Assembly (NCBI GenBank): GCA_964608885.1
Contig: CAZSPX010000001.1
Location: 21,343 to 61,028 of the forward strand
Source: an uncultured Anaerolineaceae bacterium
Lineage (GTDB): Bacteria; Chloroflexota; Anaerolineae; Anaerolineales; Villigracilaceae
Direction of reading: 5' to 3'
DNA length: 39,686 bases
Below the pieces are notes generated by a model that saw nothing but the letters and a program-made list of their open reading frames with translations, had not been told where the DNA came from and made no database searches. Positions 37,301-39,686 of this stretch are shown piece by piece; positions within the stretch are counted from its first letter, which is position 1, and the number at the start of each line of letters is the position of its first letter. Both the position numbers and the translations under genes were made by a program.

Positions 37301-39480
37301 ATAGGACTGGTTTGGAAGGTCTTGCTGAACCTCTCCTCGCTCTGGACGGCAGCCGCCTCGGCTTCCCGTTGGTTGGTGATCTCGACGAGGACACCCTGAT
37401 AGTACGCAGGAGTGCCATCTGACCCTTGAATCATCTGGGCATGGTCATGAACCCAGATCATGCGACCATCCCGGCAGACCATGCGATACTCCACCGTTAA
37501 AGGTTGTCCGGTGGTTTCGGACCGGCCGACCTCTGCCTGTACACGTTCAAGATCATCGGGGTGGATAACCCGGGACCACAGGCCCGTGCCGCCCAACCAT
37601 TCATAATCGGGATATCCTGTAAGCTCCCCGATCCGCGGGCTTACGTATGTTACCCGCCCGTCCTCGACATCCAGAATATATACGGTCGCGGGGACATTTT
37701 CAACGAGCGCACGGTAGCGGGCCTCTGCCGCCTTAAGGGTTTGCTCGGCCTGTTTTCGATCGGTGATATCTTCTGCGAAGGCGATCAACGCCTCCTGTCC
37801 AAAATAGGAGGTCCTGGAGACACGGACATGCTTGGGGAACACCTCTCCATTCTTGCGGCGTCCCCAAAACTCGAACTGTTGGGGGGATCCCTGCAAAGCA
37901 AGCTGCAATTGACTGGATATAACAGCAAGGTCGTTCTTTCCCGGTGCAGCTACATCCGCAGGGGATTTCCCGATCAATTCCTCCCTGGAAAAGCCGTACA
38001 TCCGGCTGGCGCCCTCGTTCACATCCAGAAATACGCCGTTCGTGTCCTGGATGTAAATGGCATCCTGAACAGAATCAAACAGGCCACGATAGGAATGTTC
38101 CGTCTCGCGCAGGGCTTCGCGTGTCCGTCGTTCCTCGGAGATATCCAACAAAAGGCCCTGCCAGTAAAGGGGATTTCCCTGCTCATCCCAGACCGGCACG
38201 GCACGGTCCCGCACCCAGATGGTCCGACCATCCTTGGCAGTCAGGCGGTACTCGATATTATAAGGAGCAAGGGTTTCGTTGGTGCGACGGTTCTCCTCAA
38301 TAGCGCGTTGCCGGTCATCCGGATGGAGGGATGCGATCCAGAGCTGTGGGTCGGCCAACCACTCCTGCGGGGTGTAGCCGGTCAGCTTCTCGATCTGAGG
38401 GCTGATATAGACCTGGTGGGTTGTCCCCTGAGGGTTGATCAATTCGGTGTAAGGCGCTGCCGGCATCTGTTCCACCAGCGCGCGATAGCGGGCCTCCGCC
38501 ATTTGCAGGCTGGCTCGGGCCATACGCCTTTCTGTAACGTCATGGCATACCACCAGGACACGGGCGGGCTGCTGCAGTCCTGTGAAGACACGGGCGTCGC
38601 CCTCCACCCACAGGGTGACAGCCTGGCGGCTGGTAATGCGGTATTCAAAGTGGTTGGTCTGCCCGGGATTGGCAATGGCTTGACGGATATGGGCAAGGAC
38701 CGGCTCACGGTCCAACTCGTTGATAAAATCCAGAAAGGGCCGGTCCACCAGGTCTGTTGCACTTGCGCCAAGAAATTCCTCCATGCTTCTGTTGACCGCC
38801 AGGATCAAGCCAGCTTCATCCAGGGTCACCAGCATCAGAGGATTGTTGTCATACAGGTCTCGGAGACCTCCCTCCAGTTCTGGAGAGGAGCGTTCGCCGC
38901 CCCTCTCGCTGCTGATCTCCTTCAAAAAGCCTTCTACATACTGGATTTCGGAGTTTTGTCCCCGGATCAGGTGGACGTTCACCCGGACCCAGAAGGTTGT
39001 GCCATCCTTGCGGCGCGCCAGGGGTTCGAACCGGTCGATCTCATCCTGTTCTTTGAGCAGTTCCAGGAGAGGTGTTCGCGTTTCCGCCTCGGCGTAGATG
39101 ATCGAGGCGATATTGGGAACCGACCGGATCATCTCCTCGGGAGAGGCATAACCGAAGGTACGCGCCAGGGCGGGATTAACCCGCACAAATTGCCCCCCGG
39201 GCAAACACTGGAAGAAGCCTTCCAGCGCGTGGTCGAAGATGCGGTGATAATCCCCCTCGATCTTGATCCATTGCCTGCTCTCCTGGCGGAGCAGGAAATA
39301 GAGCGCCGCGCCGATCACCGCCAGGGTGATCCAGCCGCCAAAGTCGGCGAGGAACTTCACAACCCCTGGGGATTGGATATGTGCCGGAAGGATGTAGTTG
39401 AATAGAGCGATACAGGCTGCTCCCAGGCAGGCGATGAGCAGCGTAATGTAGATGGCAACAGGGAGACGGGACGCTCTCAT
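31345..39480 (-). CDS. Giant multidomain signalling protein: 2 TM + ~6 PAS + 10 GAF + C-terminal HD-GYP phosphodiesterase domain
   Basis: 2711 aa uninterrupted. N-terminal hydrophobic helices are at aa 7-30 and 45-65. PAS-like units span aa ~75-828 (nt ~36997-39258). Ten GAF units (nt ~31936-36978) each end in an ...A(I/V)AI.NA(R/H)LF.(E/Q)-type helix. HD-GYP occupies nt 31348-31926 (LLHDIGKMAVPDHIL, HHERWDGEGYP). No SD precedes the ATG at 39480. Confidence 0.9.
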   Translation of the reverse strand: MRASRLPVAIYITLLIACLGAACIALFNYILPAHIQSPGVVKFLADFGGWITLAVIGAALYFLLRQESRQWIKIEGDYHRIFDHALEGFFQCLPGGQFVRVNPALARTFGYASPEEMIRSVPNIASIIYAEAETRTPLLELLKEQDEIDRFEPLARRKDGTTFWVRVNVHLIRGQNSEIQYVEGFLKEISSERGGERSSPELEGGLRDLYDNNPLMLVTLDEAGLILAVNRSMEEFLGASATDLVDRPFLDFINELDREPVLAHIRQAIANPGQTNHFEYRITSRQAVTLWVEGDARVFTGLQQPARVLVVCHDVTERRMARASLQMAEARYRALVEQMPAAPYTELINPQGTTHQVYISPQIEKLTGYTPQEWLADPQLWIASLHPDDRQRAIEENRRTNETLAPYNIEYRLTAKDGRTIWVRDRAVPVWDEQGNPLYWQGLLLDISEERRTREALRETEHSYRGLFDSVQDAIYIQDTNGVFLDVNEGASRMYGFSREELIGKSPADVAAPGKNDLAVISSQLQLALQGSPQQFEFWGRRKNGEVFPKHVRVSRTSYFGQEALIAFAEDITDRKQAEQTLKAAEARYRALVENVPATVYILDVEDGRVTYVSPRIGELTGYPDYEWLGGTGLWSRVIHPDDLERVQAEVGRSETTGQPLTVEYRMVCRDGRMIWVHDHAQMIQGSDGTPAYYQGVLVEITNQREAEAAAVQSEERFSKTFQTSPIPTCITTWEEGRLIEANPAFWAMSGYLPEELLGRSVLEIGSNSVEKHRVFLEQLDRERSLRNIEDIFSRKSGEILDVSAFYEIINLNGKQCILAMFHDITEQKIARGNVERREAILGSIAFAADEFLKSADWTTNIQSILEKLGLAAEASRVYIFKRTAGEGPRAVISQLFEWCAAGIQPMIDDPVLKDFDLTEEGLSRWGELLAKGEPISSITRQLLPGEQAEFLRENILSIIIVPIMVGEEWWGLIGLDDCLRERVWTQNEVETLRTAANILSSAIQREAASSAASRQLMELTMLHSAAVTNANLTDSDELITTITDIIYNTLKPDNCGILLIDEPTGSLQPHGSYRGGIKAELMQKSGIDTGVAGVVISSGRAFRSGEVGTMPEYVEVQPGIRSELCVPLVSEDKVVGVINIESCQPDAFDEADERLINTIAGGLSTALMKSQLFEAETRRAREAIRLREATTALTSSLDLDTLLNTTLDLLVTFAPYEIASVELIEGNIIRTAAGRNLAPETVGTQYSIDREKWKLSTSRDPILIPDIQSDDHFADMKDRDQLHGWMGIPLFAQDTLIGFINLYNQKEGFYTQEQASLVQTFANQAAIAIQNAHLFDAEQQRRREAETLRESLATMASDLDQEQSIQHILDQLAKVVPYRTASVQLLNNGFLEIVGGAGWEDPSRVLGMRFPVPGDNPNTRVIRERRSLRLGNAPDLFQPFQDGPHSHIHSWLGVPLLVGDDLLGMLAIDHSQSNFYTEEHIRLAEIFANQASIAIANARTFQEERRRTRIIEALADIANEFATTQEMGHLLDKVSQRTLELLKASHVAIYLVQNDNKTVKIVSAKGTYSDQLISHTIQVGIGITGNVIAAGKSEIVNDTRGDPRTITVPGTPNEDGEVETMMSSPLILRGQSIGAINAWRLRADGLFNESELNFLISIAHQTSISIGMSRLFQETVQRAQESAAVAQVGRDVSSTLQLDQVLERIAWYAKDLLDVETSAVYMMDEKDGQLHGISVIGADAEEIKNDPVVLGMGIAGQIALSKTGEIVNYAPADPRAITIKGTETNPAEHIMGVPVLNKDQLTGLVVVWRTGADKEFRPSELNFLSSLAQQAAVAIQNARSFAAENKLRLREATMLEMMRLAASSLDLDEVNQTILGHLIQLIPCDSGSIQLLKGDRLRISAAIGFPPDTLHRGNNLLLEDFPLNREVIETRKPVRIEDTLTDDRYRWIPGISELRSTLAIPILVRNTTIGMATLDSSEPGHFTREDEELALAVANNAANAIGNARLFELEQQRREEAENLRLAASAVTSSLDPQQVLETILTALRQVVPFDSGSILLLEGDKVRITAAQGLPNQTQAMHQTFPSDNKLLLAIDANNNEPVILYDAQVDSRFERWAAADSVRGWMGVSLVTRGEVVGYITLDSYEVGTFDEKSAALARTFAYQAAAAIDNARLYQETRKRMEELEVVGRVTFALRALSRPDEVPPVLLREVLKVIDTDAASIWLHDPVTNQLDRKVSSGWLSQAGLKQIQSNQSIAGQIFRNGQVLLIHDFGSDALSAKDLGEGVETGWAGVGIPISTSSQTIGVMFVAVPRPRRIEPAQVQLLTTLAEISGNAIHRAQLFDQSEGQVKRLTALRDVDTAIASSFDLRVTLNILLDHTVSQLHADAAAIFSYNPEMRALDHIASLGFRQAALIQTNLRASGRILDEALLERKMIRVEDVGSEPQFHRKDLARQERFIRYFATPLISKGQVKGILEVYYRQAPPPEADWLDFFQTMAGQAAIAIDNSQLFDNLQRSNQELSLAYDTTLEGWGKALELRDRETQGHTLRVTDLTLRLARRLRVPETELVSMRRGVLLHDIGKMAVPDHILKKSGPLDEQEWVEMRKHPQYAYDLLHPISYLRPAVDIPYAHHERWDGEGYPNRLKGEEIPLSARIFALVDVWDALLYDRPYRKAWPREKVIDYIRGEIGTRFDPEIANEFLKMVDEEHLTAEG

Positions 39481-39507
39481 AACAAGAGGATTCTAATCAG
39501 AAGTTGG

Positions 39508-39535
39508 GTAATAAAACCTTTGAATTACATTTCAA
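39508..39535 (-). promoter_or_regulatory. Candidate sigma-70-type promoter for the giant sensor gene
   Basis: On the minus strand: TTGAAA (39535-39530), a 16-nt spacer, then TATTAC (39513-39508), within the only AT-rich stretch upstream of the ATG at 39480. Confidence 0.3.
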
Positions 39536-39602
39536 TTCCCCCCTTTTTGGCCTCTGCATGGAAAAAAGGCCATGAATCAATGTGGAACGTTGGCCCCCCT
39601 GC

Positions 39603-39627
39603 AATCAAAAAGCGACCTGCAGGCCGC
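39603..39627 (-). terminator. Rho-independent terminator of tRNA-Cys
   Basis: The minus strand reads GCGGCCTGCAGGTCGC (a near-perfect hairpin with one A-C mismatch, 39627-39612), followed by TTTTTGATT. Confidence 0.55.
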
Positions 39628-39632
39628 TCTAG

Positions 39633-39686
39633 AGGCGTCGACGGGATTCGAACCCGTGGTGAGGGTTTTGCAGACCCTTGCCTTAC
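39633..39686 (-). tRNA. tRNA-Cys (GCA), 5' part cut off by the window edge
   Basis: The minus strand reads ...AGGGT CTGCAAA ACCCT (anticodon loop with GCA), T-arm ACGGG TTCGAAT CCCGT, acceptor 3' strand CGACGCC and discriminator U. No encoded CCA. Confidence 0.85.

Noticed and set aside
37504-39405. A 633-aa plus-strand ORF antisense to the giant sensor gene. Similar long antisense ORFs occur at 9457..10443, 23334..24380, 1123..1965, 14464..15303, 21519..22331 and 13172..13897.
   Set aside because: All lie opposite genes with unmistakable family motifs. Their translations are Arg/Gly/Pro/His-rich low-complexity strings with no recognisable domains or RBS. Long stop-free antisense frames are expected in GC-rich coding DNA.
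39481-39686. tRNA-Cys as an integration site for a genomic island.
   Set aside because: No integrase, direct repeat of the tRNA 3' end or mobile gene is visible in the window. The adjacent giant gene has the same composition as the rest of the window. The tRNA is followed by its own terminator.

Overview
This is a visibly GC-rich bacterial chromosomal segment, densely packed with about 31 protein genes plus a partial tRNA-Cys at the right edge. I saw no rRNA, CRISPR array, transposase, integrase, phage genes or recognisable defence system.

Gene order, left to right:
- A 5'-truncated MoeB/ThiF-rhodanese gene and a cystathionine-beta-synthase-type gene (+).
- A six-gene minus-strand sugar locus: LacI regulator, lipoprotein solute-binding protein, two ABC permeases, a GH63-like hydrolase and trehalose synthase.
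- A ~17 kb same-strand train of tightly spaced or overlapping housekeeping genes: DUF1761, YciI-like, GNAT, alr, lspA, rluD-family, ltaE, purine nucleoside phosphorylase, a membrane protein, GNAT, a polytopic membrane/GAF-like/HTH protein, an S1-domain protein, ftsK, a CDP-alcohol phosphatidyltransferase, lgt, an ABC ATPase, an ABC-2/SpoIIM-like fused permease and an MBL hydrolase.
- A small HNH endonuclease (-), an epimerase, an orphan lipoprotein and tyrS (+).
- An 8.1 kb minus-strand gene encoding a 2711-aa sensor with 2 TM helices, ~6 PAS domains, 10 GAF domains and an HD-GYP domain.

The protein style (lipoprotein binding protein with a long Pro/Thr/Ala/Glu tether, giant PAS/GAF sensor, long gene trains) suggests a Chloroflexota/Anaerolineae-like organism. 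That is inference only.

Most interesting observations:
1. A complete class-I cytochrome c-like module (CSSCH ... HMGD ... AAYLK) sits inside the first extracytoplasmic loop of the MalG-type sugar permease.
2. The tyrS leader looks like a ribosome-mediated attenuator: an extended -10 promoter, a possibly leaderless 12-codon Tyr-rich ORF (MFKTVYYSYLRL), then competing antiterminator and terminator helices.
3. The 10-GAF/6-PAS HD-GYP giant sensor.
4. A multi-pass membrane protein fused to GAF-like and sigma-region-4-like HTH modules.
5. A NatB-like ABC-2 permease fused to a SpoIIM/DUF95-like domain.

All domain calls come from reading motifs by eye. No database search was run.
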